From: Antechinus flavipes
Taxonomy: Eukaryota
Direction of reading: 5' to 3'
DNA length: 64,000 nucleotides
Assembly: GCF_016432865.1 (NCBI RefSeq)
Contig: NC_067399.1
Coordinates: 261,392,001-261,456,000, forward strand
Shown in pieces: positions 1 through 17,623 of this stretch. A program made the translations under genes and the position numbers. The notes under the pieces are model-generated. The model was not told where the DNA came from and made no database searches. It saw only the letters and a program-made list of their open reading frames with translations. The first letter of the stretch is position 1; each line of letters begins with the position of its first letter.

Positions 1-690
1 TTTAGCCTCATGTGCTTGGGACCTCAGTGCATCAAGTCAAGCCTCAGCCCATTACAGATCTGATCTTACAAGATGTTTTGGGCCAGAACCTGAAACAAGG
101 TATAAGTAGAACTAATTAGTACAATGCTTGTGTTTATACCTTTACTCATCGGAGTTCACAAGTATGCCAGATTCACAAAGTAAATCTTGTAACTTTGTTA
201 CAAAGAATTCACACCTCCCTTAAAGCTCTTAGGGCCAGAGAGCACTATGGGAGAAAACCCACAATCCCATTCTCTCAGAAGGGCCAGTGAAGAGAGATCT
301 ATTGCAGAATATTTTCCACTTGGCTGGCTGGTGGCAGAAGAAGAGTTTTCAGAGGAAGAAGCTACAAGTCGAGATTTCAGCAGAGTTATATGAAGAGTGG
401 AGCTGGATTGAAGGCTGAAGAAAGCAGAGGCAGAAGCAAAGGACAAAACTGCAAGAGCTCTTGGAACCAAGCAGAGAGATAGACCTCTAAGCTAACCGGG
501 CTATATTGGAGGCAGTAAAACATCTGAACTTTTTATCACCTGGCTGCGTTTTGAGATGATTATTACTTTCAACTGATACTAAAGCTGCCTCCAAGAAAAC
601 CTCCCCTGAGAAACCTGCACCTCTCCCCCAGAGAGAACTATTATATTATTTTAAAGAAGAAAAAGATCACCGCATTTTGGCGCCCGAACA
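1..690 (+). mobile_element. ERV LTR (3' part) followed by a partial tRNA-Lys primer-binding site
   Basis: The segment ends ...CACCGCA at 674. TGGCGCCCGAACA follows at 678-690 and matches the first 13 nt of the canonical Lys PBS TGGCGCCCGAACAGGGAC. The LTR 5' end is not seen. Confidence 0.6.
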
Positions 691-1139
691 CCTTTGGATT
701 CCAATAGAAGATCTGGACTTGTCCTAGCCCCACCCGGATCTGAGCCAACTTTGGGGCTACACCCAAAAGCCCCTCGAGCTAAGTCTCCTATTATAAAAAG
801 GCCACTCTGGGAATCCCTCTTTGCAGAGATTCCAAACATGCTAGCCATGTGATTACCTTCTGTCAATTGGACCCTCTGTCCGGTGCCTTCTTTATCTCTA
901 CCTTCACCTATACTTTAACCTTGCTTACCCAATAATAAACCTCTTTTATCAATCTAGCTCTAGGGACAATAAATGCTTTTATTGGGAACTCGCGCCGTTA
1001 CTAGACCCATTTACCCCCGTATCCTTGCGCCGAATCCAAAGAGGTTGCAGGGGAGCTTTGCTTGATGCCCTGTACCCCAAACCTGCCACTAGACCTTAAC
1101 CCTAATTTCATTTAGGTACCCCAAATCTAGACCTCAACA
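691..1139 (+). mobile_element. 5'-truncated solo LTR, family B copy 1
   Basis: Closely similar to 1934-2435 and 22579-22917. Has TATAAAAAG, AATAAA and a terminal CTAGACCTCAACA. Confidence 0.8.
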
Positions 1140-1140
1140 C

Positions 1141-1504
1141 TATGAGGGAGAGAGAGTATCTCATAGTAGGCTTAGTCCTGAAGAGAACTTAGCAAGAATC
1201 TTCATAAGTAGATCTTTTAAAGGGGAAAAATGGCTCTGGGGGTTTCTCTCAGAGACCACAGAAGTAAAGGCCAGAACTCTTAAGGGGAGGATCAGGAGCC
1301 AAACCTAGCAGCTCAGAGGGAGGAGCCCAGAGCCCTGTGAAATGTACCTGGCTAAAGATACGCTAATCAAGATATCCAAAGGTTGTTTGAAGATACTTAG
1401 AGGTTGGGGGATGCACAATGAATGTTGCTAAAGAATTCCTTCTTAGATAGTCTGGAATTATCTAATAATAGCTTCTTCCCGACAGAAGAAATTAAGTCAC
1501 ATCA
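1141..1504 (-). mobile_element. Probable LTR fragment
   Basis: Begins TGATGTG on the minus strand at 1504, has LTR-like composition, and abuts the family B LTR. Not assigned to a family. Confidence 0.35.
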
Positions 1505-1933
1505 TTAGTATGTATATGTTATGATTATAGATATCTATTATATGGGTGTATATGAACATATAGATGTGTAGGTATATATGTATGTGTGTGTGCACACGTG
1601 TGTATATCCAAGCTTAATTGTAACCTTGGGGAAGTGGGGGGAAGAAAAAGGGAAAAAAGAATAAAGGTAATCCGTACACAGTAGAGAATAAAAGAAAACC
1701 TACAAAGAAGCAGAGAAAAGCTGAGAGTTCTGAACACAATATATGGTATTTGTTATATAGGCTTTTTTGAAATGGATATTTGTTTCATATTTTGAAATTT
1801 TTCTTGTGTTCAGCTGTATACATGGCAATGTGTTTTTTTCTTTTTCTATTCTGTATTTAAGTTTTAAATAAACTTTAAAATGTAATCAGGAATTTTTAAC
1901 AAAATAAATAAAAATACAATAAAACACTGATAC

Positions 1934-2435
1934 TGATGTGGGAAAGATTCCTTTTCTAGATTCCCACCCTCTCCTAGTTAATAATGTAAATTGCCCTTTA
2001 ACTCACAAATCCTGGTCCCTTTGAATTCCAATAGAAGATCTGACCTGTTCCCAGCCTCACCCGGAACTGAGCCAACTTTGGGGCTACACCAGAAAGCCCC
2101 TCGAGCTAAGTCTCCTATTATAAAAAGGCCACGCTAGGAACCCCTCTTTGCAGAGATTCCAAACATGGCTACCATGTGAGGACCCTCTGGCCACTGAACC
2201 CTCTGTCCACTGGACCCTCTGTCCAGTGCCCTCCTTATCTCTACCTTCGCCTATACTTTAACTTTGCTTATCTAATAATAAACCTCTTTTATCAATCTAG
2301 CTCTCTGGGCCAATAAATGCTTTTATTGGGAACTCGCGCCGCTACTAGACCCCCTTGCGCCGAATCTGTACCCCAAACCTGCCACTAGACCTTAACCCTA
2401 ATTTCATTTAGGTATCCCAAAGCTAGACCTCAACA
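1934..2435 (+). mobile_element. Complete solo LTR, family B copy 2
   Basis: TGATG...CAACA termini, a 4-bp TSD ATAC (1930-1933 and 2436-2439), TATA box and AATAAA. Confidence 0.88.
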
Positions 2436-2931
2436 ATACTACACTTCAAACTAATTTTGAGTTTGATACCATTAGTGTAGCCTACAGAGATGAAGATTTG
2501 GGAAATGTATTAGATGGTCATCCAGGGCTCAAATTTTCTCATCTATAAAATAAAAGGGGTTGGATTTTGTGATCTCTGTGATCCTTTCTATCTTGTCCAT
2601 TGTTAACTTTTCTGCAAGACTAGGCTCACATATTAAAGCTCTTCATAAGAGTAGAGGATTTAGAGCTCTCAGGGACCTAGAAATCTCTATTGAAGGTTAT
2701 TGAAGGTTGAATGCAACCTTGAATTTGATAAGAAAGCTCAGGGTCAAAGAAATGAATTATAACTTGCCTGATGACTCACAAGCAGGAAACAGTGAAGCCA
2801 AAATGTGAACCCAGGTTTTCTGATTATAAATCTCTTGCCACTATCTACCTACAAGAAGCCTTCTACTTACTACATATTTAATCTGAGTTTAAGCTAAAAC
2901 CACTTAGGAAGCATAAAATCTCCAGAAGTAC

Positions 2932-3479
2932 TGTTATGCTAGTACTTTCTTGAATTGTTCTTCTACCTCAGTTTCCTTAACTGTTCTGATTCAATCCCCT
3001 TAGTTGTAAACCCCATTCCCCCTGGTCCATTAAGACTGACGACCATTTGCTCTAAGGTTATAAATTGTCAATGTGAGACTCAAGATGAGGGGGAGATCAG
3101 ATTTCCTGGCTCCTAACTCCTGCCCTCAAGAATTTATGACATTACCCCCTCTAAAATATTCCAAAAGATAAGACTATCTGGGATACCTCATTGATATCTT
3201 TACTTCTGTTTATTCAGACATCTTGACTCTGACTTCCAGTTTCCTCCTATCCTGCTAGAACCAAATTTATGGTCCTGAAACTTCCCACTCTTAATGTTCT
3301 AACTCTGCCCCTGCCTTGGTCTACCCCTGTAGCTGAGCCATGTGGCTATATATGTCATTGAGAACTCACATTCACCAATGGATACTTTGAGAGTCCTGGT
3401 CATTCAATTATACTCTCCAACTAATAAAATATTAAAAACTCTCTAATCTCTATCTTGCCTCAGTTTCTCTGGCATTACA
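2932..3479 (+). mobile_element. Complete solo LTR, different family
   Basis: TGTTATGC...GCATTACA near-perfect inverted termini, a 4-bp TSD GTAC (2928-2931 and 3480-3483), a TATA-like run and AATAAA near 3423. Confidence 0.85.
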
Positions 3480-5429
3480 GTACAACCCTAATCAAGTGAT
3501 TTAATATCTTTTAAATTATCACCCCAGACAATTTGAGAAATATTCAGTGAAGATCAATGGGAGGTAAATTAACCCATAAAGTGGAAGAGAGAAGGGATTG
3601 GGGAGAGGGGAAGTGTTGCTGCTTCCTAAGGCCTATGGATTCCTGGGTCTAAGTGATTATTTGATCCCATAAAATCCCAATTTCATGGAATCTTATTTCC
3701 TTATAATTAAAAAAAAAATCAGCTTTAAATGAACTTTCAATGCAAGTTTGAATTGGTTAACATTTCACAAAATTGCCTCAAACTTTTAAAATGTATATTC
3801 AAAGCCCTCTTCAGTGGGGTTTCCCCAGGTATTCACAAATCCTCAGTTAAAGAGGATATTCTGCATTAACAATTATCCAGCAGCCCCTACTACAACTGCT
3901 CCTCTTCCCTCTTTCCTTGCTCCTTCAGTCTATGCCTAGAGGCAAATACTTCAGCTGAAAGAACAAAGAATTTGTAGCTAAAGGATCTGATTTTGGGGTC
4001 TCCTATTGTGGTTCTGTTTCTTCATAGATAAAACAAGAGGAATTTGAATTAAATGAATCTATGGAATCCCTTTCAATGTTTTCTAGCTGTTGAAACTCTA
4101 TGCTTAAAAATCCAGTTCAAGAGCTCATTTCTCCATGACCTCCTCCCTGATCTTAGATCCATAGCTGGAAAAACTCAAGAGTTCATCTGGTTCTTATGAA
4201 AAAAATCCAGAATCAGGGGATTATTTACTCAAGATATTATAATGTAAAAGGAAGGATTTGAATGCAACTCCTCCATCTCCCCTATTTATACCTGGAGCCG
4301 CACTTAGCTATTCTAAATGCACTCAAATGGCATTTTGGTTGTTTGAATAGTATTTAAAAAAAAATAACAAAATTCCCATTAATCACTTATTGTGCAAAGG
4401 AAACAATTTACTAAACTCTTATCTGCCAGTCATCCTGCTCAGCTCTAGGTAGAGACATACCAAGTAAAGCAGTCCCTGCCCTCCCATTTATAATTAATTG
4501 GAGAAACAACAACTAAGTCTAGAGGTATAATAATGATGGATGATAACAGCAACATTTATATTGTCTAATAAGATCTACAAAGCACTTTTACATACACAAA
4601 ATATGCAAAACTTATTGGTCATTATCAGATGGGGTGATCAAGAAAGACTACATGTAGAAGATGTTTTAAATTGTGCCTTAAAGAAAACTAAAGATTAAGA
4701 CAATTCCAATAGATTTGGAATAGAAAATGCCATTCACATCCAAGTGGGAGAACTATGGAAACTGAATGCAGATAGGATTGAACAATACTATTTCCACCTT
4801 TTTTGTTTGCTTTTCCTTTCTCGTGTTTCCCCTCCTTTGTTTTGTTTTTCTTTCACAACATGACTAATATACAAGTATATTTCAAATGACTGTACATGCA
4901 TAACATCAGATTATTTGTCTTCGGGAGGGAGAAAAAAATGGAACTCACAATCTTAAAAAAATGAATGCTGAAAACTATCTTTACATGTAATTGGAAAAAT
5001 AAAATATTAAAAAAAATTGAAAGAAAAGGCTTTATAAAGGTGAGGAGTGTACAATGTGTGTAGGGATAAGAATTAAGAAAGATCTGTTCCCTCAAAGGCA
5101 TACAATCCAACATTTAAGAAAGATGGCTAAATATGCAGTCAAAGAGGGTATAGGTTAAAATTATTTTTTGGCCACAAATCCCTAATGTGATTCTGATGAG
5201 TTGAATTTTAAACATGGGTTGAATTAGCTGGTCTCATAAAAACATTTCTAAAGTGCTGGGCTACCTCAGTTGAGTGTCCTGGGATGCCGCACATAAACAC
5301 CGGAACCATTTGTCAAAAACATAGTGGCTCTTCAAGATATCACAACAGGGGGGCTTAATCGAACCCTACATCCCACCCAGCTGCCAGGCTCTTCCTGGCC
5401 ACGCCCTCTTGCGCCAAATTCGGGCGCTA

Positions 5430-6066
5430 AATCCCAACCAATGAAGATACGCGTGCAACACGAATGGGCTGCAAGAGGAAGAGCTAACAGCCAATGAGAG
5501 AACGAGATTATGTTCCAGGAAGTGAATGCCTCTGCTAGAAAGGAAGCTAATGCGTGAGACCTCATCTCGAGGTTACAAGAATTTGACCAATTAGAAAAAA
5601 TCAGAAGTCACGTGCTGTGGGAGCTGGATAAAGCAACTAATCAGAGAAAGACTTTCTTGAACACATGCCGAGGATAGGAGCGAAATCAGGAGGGCACCTC
5701 CTGGCCCAGAAGTAGCGTGATGGCCTGTGTCACCAATGGCCAGCTGGTTCTTTAGTCACGTAAAACTTCCGCAGGGACCTTCAGATCACGTGGTAGAGGC
5801 TGTCAGCGAACAGACACCAATGAGCGGGGACGATGGTTATCTTGGGACGAAGGGAAAGGTCCGTCTGTACCAATGAGATCCTGGTGAACTTGCTGATTTC
5901 ACCATCACGTGCAGCGGCTGGACGGAAAGGGGCGTCCACCAGGGAGGGAAGCTGGGTGGGAGCTTGAGGGCTGGGCGCGTGGGGCGCAGGCGCCTTGGGG
6001 ACCCGGTGGCGGCGGCGGCAGCGGCGGAGGGAGCCGGGTCCCGAACCGAAGCGGGCGGCGACAGCC
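5430..6066 (+). promoter_or_regulatory. PIP4P1 CpG-island promoter with CCAAT and E-box/CLEAR-like motifs
   Basis: CCAAT at 5438, 5491, 5587, 5733, 5817 and 5870. TCACGTG at 5608, 5786 and 5905. GC- and CpG-rich up to the ATG. Confidence 0.75.
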
Positions 6067-8394
6067 ATGGCGGCGGACGGAGAGCGCTCCCCGCTCCTCT
6101 CCGAGCCCAACGATGGCGGTGCCAGCGGCAACGGGCTGGTGGGGCCCGGCGGGGGCGGGGTCGGCGCCGGGGGAGGCCTGGTTCCCTCTGCGCCGCCGTA
6201 CGGATCCGGGAAACATGCCCCGCCTCAGGGTGAGCTGAGTACAGCTTTCAGATTTGGGCCGAGAACTGACAACTAGAGGGGGCGGGACCAGGACCGAAGG
6301 TGCGGGGTTGTGGTCCTCTGGCTGGACCTGTGGGAAAAGAAAGGGGGTGAGGCTCGCTGTCTTACAAAGAGGCGGGGCCTCGGGCAGGGGTGGGCGGGGC
6401 CCTCGGAAGGAGGGCAATGACTGGTTACTGAAGGAGGTTGAGGGTTATCCTGGTCGGGGTAAATAGGGCAGGACATGTGGGGGTGACATGTCTGTGATCA
6501 TGGATGACCCATTCTGATCGTATTTCCACAGCGTTCCCTCCATTTCAAGAGGGCCACCCGGCTGTGTTGCCCGGGGAGGACCCACCACCATATTCACCCC
6601 TGGCCAGTCCCGACAGTGGCAGTGCCCCTATGATCATATGCCGAGTTTGCAATTCTCCCATCAATGTGGAAGGCAAGATGCACCAACATGTTGTTAAGTG
6701 TGGTGACTGCAACGAAGCCACAGTGAGTTTCATTATCCAGGATTTTTTAGATCTCTTAACTCTAGACCCCAAATTTTTCCTGATTCCTGTATATAAATCT
6801 CAGAAATTACACAAGTCTAGACATCTGTCCTAACTTTCTCCCTTCCCAGCATCACCCAGAGTAAGTCCCAAAATTGTTCTATTTCATATCCATCTCCAGT
6901 TTCCCCTAGCTTTCTACATCTATATATTAAAAGTTCACCCCTGCTTCCCATGGTCTGTTTCCATTCTCCCCAGTATACCTTCTTTTCTTTCTAATCAGGA
7001 TCCCTACCAGCTTCCTGGATTATTGCTCTTGGGCCCTCCTCAAAAGGTATGTTTGGGAGGGTTGGAATTCAGGGCTTTTGGTGCTCATCTCCCTATTATT
7101 CCTTAGCCAATCAAGAATGCTCCACCTGGGAAGAAGTATGTTCGGTGCCCTTGTAACTGTCTCCTCATCTGCAAAGTGACTTCCCAGCGGATTGCCTGCC
7201 CTCGGCCCACCTGGTGAGAGCAGAGAACTAGGAAAGCCAAATGAGGAGGGATGGAGACAAAAGAAGTTGTAGGGAATTTAAGAGTATAAGAAAAAGTGGG
7301 GATAAGAAACCTGGGGAAGGGCAGACTGGTAGAACTGCAAGATTCTACAGGGGAATTTCAGGATGTGGACAATGAAGAACTCTTCCTCCAGAATGATTTT
7401 GGTTTATCTAACCAGCCAGCTTCCTTGGATCCATAAATAAAAGGCTTTGGGGAAAGATGAGGCCCATTTAGGATTAATAGGTTATATATAAGACTATCAG
7501 ATTTGGTGATCTGAGGCCTAGGACTTATCTTTTGATCAAGGTTTATCAGTTCAGGATGGGAGAAGAGGATTTTGTGTATAGGAAGAGGCATGTGTACATT
7601 GTCTAGGTGCTATCTGAAGAGGAAGAGAAACAGTTCTTAGGATTTAAAAAGTCCTAAACTTTAGCTTTCTTTTCTCTTCCTTCTCAACCGCCCCCTCCCT
7701 CCCCCCCAAAAATAGTAAAAGAATCATCAACCTGGGTCCAGTACACCCAGGACCTCTGAGTCCAGAACCACAGCCTGCAGGTGTCAGCGTCAATTGTGGC
7801 CATTGCAAGAATACCTTTCTGGTGAGTAAGGCTGGGATGGATTGGGAAAAAGATAATAGACATCTATGAGAATATTCTTGTGGGTGATGTGAATGTATGA
7901 AAGGTGGAGTTAATTACTGAAATTTGCCCTTTCCACTATTCAATCCTTGTGTTTTATCCCATTGGAATCCCTTAAAGAACTTACCTCATAGAGCCTTTTT
8001 CTTTCTGCCTCTATCATAAATTGACCCCTCATCCTGTTTTCTCTATAGTGGTCAGAGTTTACAGGTCGAACCTTGGCACGCTGCCCCCACTGCAAGAAAG
8101 TGTAAGTGATTTGGAATTGATATTATAGACCTAGTTTTCAGAAGGAGGGGTAGGGGATAAGGACTGTATAAGGATTATAAATGCATGACAGGTTTGCTCT
8201 GTATGCTTATTCCTTCACAGCTCTTCCATTGGGAGAAGATATCCCAGGAAAAGATGCATTTGCTGTTTCCTCCTTGGGTTACTATTGGCTGTTACTGCCA
8301 CAGGCTTAGCAGTGAGTAACAAATCTCCTCTAACTCTTGTTAATCTTACTATTTTTTACTCTCTTCAAGAGAGTCAAAGATTTCCTAAGCAGTT

Positions 8395-8445
<51 letters not shown>

Positions 8446-9140
8446 AGAGTTCATCTGACAAAAGAAAGGTTAACAAGGAATTGATGAAGTCTTCAGGAGT
8501 AAGTGGGAAAGATTTTCTCTCCACAGAACAATACCCCCAAAAAAAAAAAAAATGTCTTCCAAGTGGCCAGCTTGTGTAATTTTGTCTTTTTTTTGGTTTG
8601 GGGGGGAGGCAGTCTGAGTTAAGTTATTTGGCCAGGGTCACACAGCTAGTGAGTCTGAGGGGATTTGAACTCAGGTTCTCCTGACTTCCAAGGCCAATTC
8701 CTTTATCCTTTGCAACATCTAGCTGCCCCTTTTAACTTTGAATTATGTGAGAGTGGGAACTTTGCTTTACCAGATGATTTAAAGTAAAGAGCTACATGCT
8801 TCATGGGGTTATAACTACTTCCAAGAGTAGATGGTTGAATATCCCTGAAGAGTCTTGTCTTGTTTTTAATATAATTGCCTGCAGGTGGGAGTCAGAGGTG
8901 TAATTGAAACTAACTTGGATTCAGTGTCTTATCAGGTGATGGACTGACAGATTGGCACTATGGCATTGATTCCTTTTTTCCATATTTCTCTCCTAGTTTG
9001 GCACATGGAAGCATGCCCGACAGTATGGGGGTATCTATGCAGCTTGGGCCTTTGTCATCCTGCTGGCTGTGCTCTGTCTAGGCCGGGCTCTTTACTGGGC
9101 CTGTATGAAGGTCAGCCACCCTGTCCAGAACTATTCTTGA
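6067..9140 (+). CDS. PIP4P1: Phosphatidylinositol-4,5-bisphosphate 4-phosphatase 1 (TMEM55B), 284 aa
   Basis: Exons 6067-6229, 6532-6722, 7107-7213, 7716-7821, 8049-8101, 8221-8311 and 8997-9140, all GT-AG, sum to 855 nt. Translation runs [11 protein letters not shown]...CRVC...[13 protein letters not shown]...[21 protein letters not shown] at 9804. Confidence 0.98.
8397..8444. repeat. (AC)24 microsatellite in PIP4P1 intron 6
   Basis: Read directly from the sequence. Confidence 0.95.
8600..8729 (-). mobile_element. Marsupial CORE-SINE (WSINE1/Mar1-like)
   Basis: The reverse complement starts GGGGCAGCTAG and contains a B-box-like GAGTTCAAATCC. Confidence 0.75.
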
Positions 9141-10054
9141 GCCCTAAGATGATCCACTAACTGTGCCTGGCCCCTCTCTAGCAGGGACAGTGACATTACA
9201 GAGGGAAATGGGAATGTCCCCTCGGCTTCCATAAGAGGAGCCAGGCTGTTGCCCTCCTCTTCTATAGGGGGAAAAAATGGGAAAGACCTGGGCCCTCAAA
9301 GATAAACAAGATTGGAAGGGTAGGTGGGCCAGTGCTGGCTGTTTAGTCCCTTCTGAGGGCTGCCTGTGCTTGGGGTGGAGTGAGAGATAAAGTATCTTTT
9401 CTCTAACTTCTGGAAAATGGTTATAGCTCTTTTTCCTTCCTCCATCCTCTCCTAAGAGGCCATTCCTGTCCCTCAAACATTCCAGGGCAGGGTAGGGGTA
9501 GGCAGCCCTGGGAGTTCCCCTCCCTTTTGCACCCCCAGGACCTTGCTGCTGCTATTGCACTTCACCAGGGGGTAACTCTAATTTGGCCGCCCTCTTGGCC
9601 TCCTTTTCCCACCCCTTTCCATGCCCTGTGGGGGTGGGGTCAGCCGCTGCTCTGTACAGTACCATGGGAAAACTGATGTATATATTTATTTAATGTGGGG
9701 TATGTTCCCCAACCTGTGTTCCCTCTCCCCAAATCTTTCCTCTCTTACCGGCTGTGGCCGGTTTGTCTGTCTATGGGGATCAGGGGCTCATCCTGTGCTT
9801 GTAAATAAATGAAGTTGTGATTACCTTATTCCTTGTGTCACCTTTTTTTTGAGTGGGGGGATATATAGGAGAAAAGATTCCAGCCCTTTGTTATGAGTCC
9901 TTCCAGAAGGGACAGGACATAAAAGACAACAAAGCTGGACCTCTATGGCTCTTTATTCTCTAACAGATTATTTCAAAAGTAATCAACAACAGCATTCTCA
10001 AAATTAAACAGTCCTGGATTTCTGGTTGCTGAAGAAGCAGTTTAAATTGTATAA

Positions 10055-11575
10055 TTACAAGGCCAGTAAGAGGGTGATAGGACAATGGTCACTACCCAGG
10101 GCTTTGGACCGGATCTTACTGTCACATAAGGCAGGGAGCAAAGACTGGGATAACAAGAAATAGTCAAGCCGCCAGCCAACATTCTTGGCTCGGGCATTCA
10201 TCATGTAAGTCCAAAAAGTATAAGCATAAGCTGCCTCTGGATAGAGATGGCGGAAGCTGTCAGTCAGTGGCACTGCTTGGAGCAGTTCCCCAAAACCTTG
10301 GCGTTCCTGTGGGGTAAAACCAGCATTTTTCTTGTTCCCTTTGGGATTACGCAAGTCAATCTCTTCATGGGCCACATTGAGGTCCCCACAGAGCACAAGT
10401 GGCTTTTTGGCATTTAGCCCCTTCAAAAACTTTCGAAATGCTTCATCCCACCTTTGTCGGTATTCTAGTCGAACCAGCCCCCGTCCTGCATTAGGCACGT
10501 ATGCTGTCACCAGCACAAAAGCCTCAAACTCAGCCACTATCACCCGGCCCTCCTGATCATGCTCTTCTTCACCTATGGAATTGGACACAACAAACTCAGA
10601 GGCCAAGCATTAAGAAGTGAAAGTGAAACACTTTCAGAGCTTAAGGAGAACAAGGGTTAGGGCAGCAAGCTATCATGTCTCACCAATGCCAAAAGTGACG
10701 TTGAGTGGGCACTGTCGAGAAAGGAGACCAACACCACTATATCCTTCTTTATCTGTGGGTGAGGACCAGTACTGGTAAGTAAGTCCAGGCAGATCCTGAA
10801 GTTCGGATGGCAGCTTGCTCTCTGAACATTTGGTTTCTTGGAGGCAAAGGATATCTGGGGCTTCTTCCTTTACCCACTGTACATGTAGAAAAGAAGGCAG
10901 GTTATAAGGGCTCAGCCCAGCCCATCACTCTGCCTCTCCTCCAACTCATCCCAAAGCCTATGTTCCCAGAATGAGATAATGGCATTTTTAAGGAGAAAAC
11001 CTTGAAAAGCAGAGAAAGTAATAGGGGAAGGCTCCCCAAAGTAACTCGGTACTCTTAAGAACCAAGTCATCTTTCCTCCCTAAAAACCATACTCACATCC
11101 AGACCCTTTTTCTTGATCCAGGCCCGGAGCCCATCCACATTCCAAGAGCATATCTTGAGTGTAGAAGGTTTGCCATTAGGTGAGGTCTGCTGGTCTGGGG
11201 GATCTTCATACACAGCAGATCCTTCCCCTGTTGCCTCCTTGTCTTTTGCACCTTTCTTGGTTTTCTTTGGCTGGGGTTCTGTTAAGTTTTATTGGGAAAG
11301 GGAATTTCAGATTTTTCAAGATGATAGCAGCTACTCTTACCTCAAGTGACCCCGGGATAACCTGTTGACCAAGAGATCCACCCAAAGGAAACAGACTGAC
11401 ACCTTTTCCCAGGAATGGGAAAACCCTGATAAGCTGTACTTCCGTCTCCCAAGGTTCAGGCCTCAGACTGCAGGGGAGGATAAACAATCAAGGACCACGT
11501 GTTACCTTTAGCCTCTGACTCCTCATCACTGATCCCATCCTTCACAGAAACTTCCTTCTTCCCTCGTTTCGGCAT
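10055..11575 (-). CDS. APEX1: DNA-(apurinic/apyrimidinic site) endonuclease APE1/Ref-1, 320 aa
   Basis: Coding exons 11575-11506, 11278-11097, 10876-10684 and 10572-10055 sum to 963 nt. Motifs [41 protein letters not shown] and SDHCP. Minus-strand AATAAA at 9952-9957. Acceptor of the ATG exon at 11640. Confidence 0.98.
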
Positions 11576-11899
11576 CCTCGCCCAGAACAACGCCCCTCGG
11601 CCCAAGCTCCCTCTAGCCCACCGCAGCAGAATCCTGGCCCTGCGGACACAGTGAATGAAAAAGGGATAAGGCTAGAAACTGCCAGGTTTGCCAATGAAAG
11701 AAGTGGGGAAGGGGTCTTTGCCCTTGGGACTCGCCTCCTTCGGGTAAGGCTTTGGAATCCCTCCCTCCGGGCTCCCTTCCTCCATCCCCAAATATCCCAG
11801 GATTCTCAGTCCTTGTATTCCCCGGATCCCCAGGCCCCAGCCTATCCGCTTCACGCTGAAAACCTCTTGGGACCGCCTGCTTGGCCCTGTGGACACTTC

Positions 11900-12572
11900 T
11901 AGCCTGCTACTGCTCTAAAGGTACCGCCGAAAGTAGGGTGATTCTACCCCGAAGCGGACTCGGCTTAGTAGAAGCTCCTTCCTACCCAGGACACAAAGAG
12001 AGAAGGCGCGATTCCCCAACGTGGGTTAGTTGGTCCTGATCACAAGGTCCTGGAACTCGAGCTTCCGTGGAGAAGAAAAGGCGGGGATTGGCTGAGTCAG
12101 TGAGCCCGCCTCTCCATGTGACTCGAATGCGCCTCCTCCGGGAGGGCTTCTCCTCCGGGGCTGTCTATTTTTATGCCGCACATTCGACGCCACATTCCAA
12201 GCTGCAACTAGAGACCGACGAATGAAGAAGAGGGCAGGAAAAGTCCGGAATGACCTGGAACAGACTCAATGACTTGGTCATGGGACTGAGAGGATAAGAC
12301 GCCGAATCATGCTCCCCGGCAGGAGCTAGGGCAGATCCCGCTTGGCACAAGTCGCAGGTCGGGGTGAGATGAGAGGCGGGGCCTTTGGCCTCGTCGCCAT
12401 AGCGACGCGGGCGGGAGCAAAGGAACTGCAGTCAGAGGCTGGATTAGCCAGTACGGACAGCTCTTGTCGTGTTCCGGTAATCCCCGCTGCCTTCTGCGCC
12501 CTCTCTTGTGGCAGTGGCGGTGTCGGCGGGAACCTTATGGATCCCTGGGACCTCTAACCTCACGGCCCAGCC
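11900..12572. promoter_or_regulatory. Bidirectional CpG-island promoter shared by APEX1 and OSGEP
   Basis: The two ATGs face away from each other about 1 kb apart. The interval is CpG-rich, with a reverse CCAAT (GATTGG) near 12086 and GC boxes. Confidence 0.75.

Positions 12573-17623
<5,051 letters not shown>

Noticed and set aside
5781-6476. Several overlapping 70-170 aa ORFs on both strands
   Set aside because: They are by-products of the stop-poor GC-rich CpG island at PIP4P1 exon 1.
11341-11467. Apparent 127-nt cassette exon in an APEX1 intron with good AG and GTAAGA sites
   Set aside because: The flanking introns would be 38 and 62 nt, too short for normal splicing, and the length breaks the frame.
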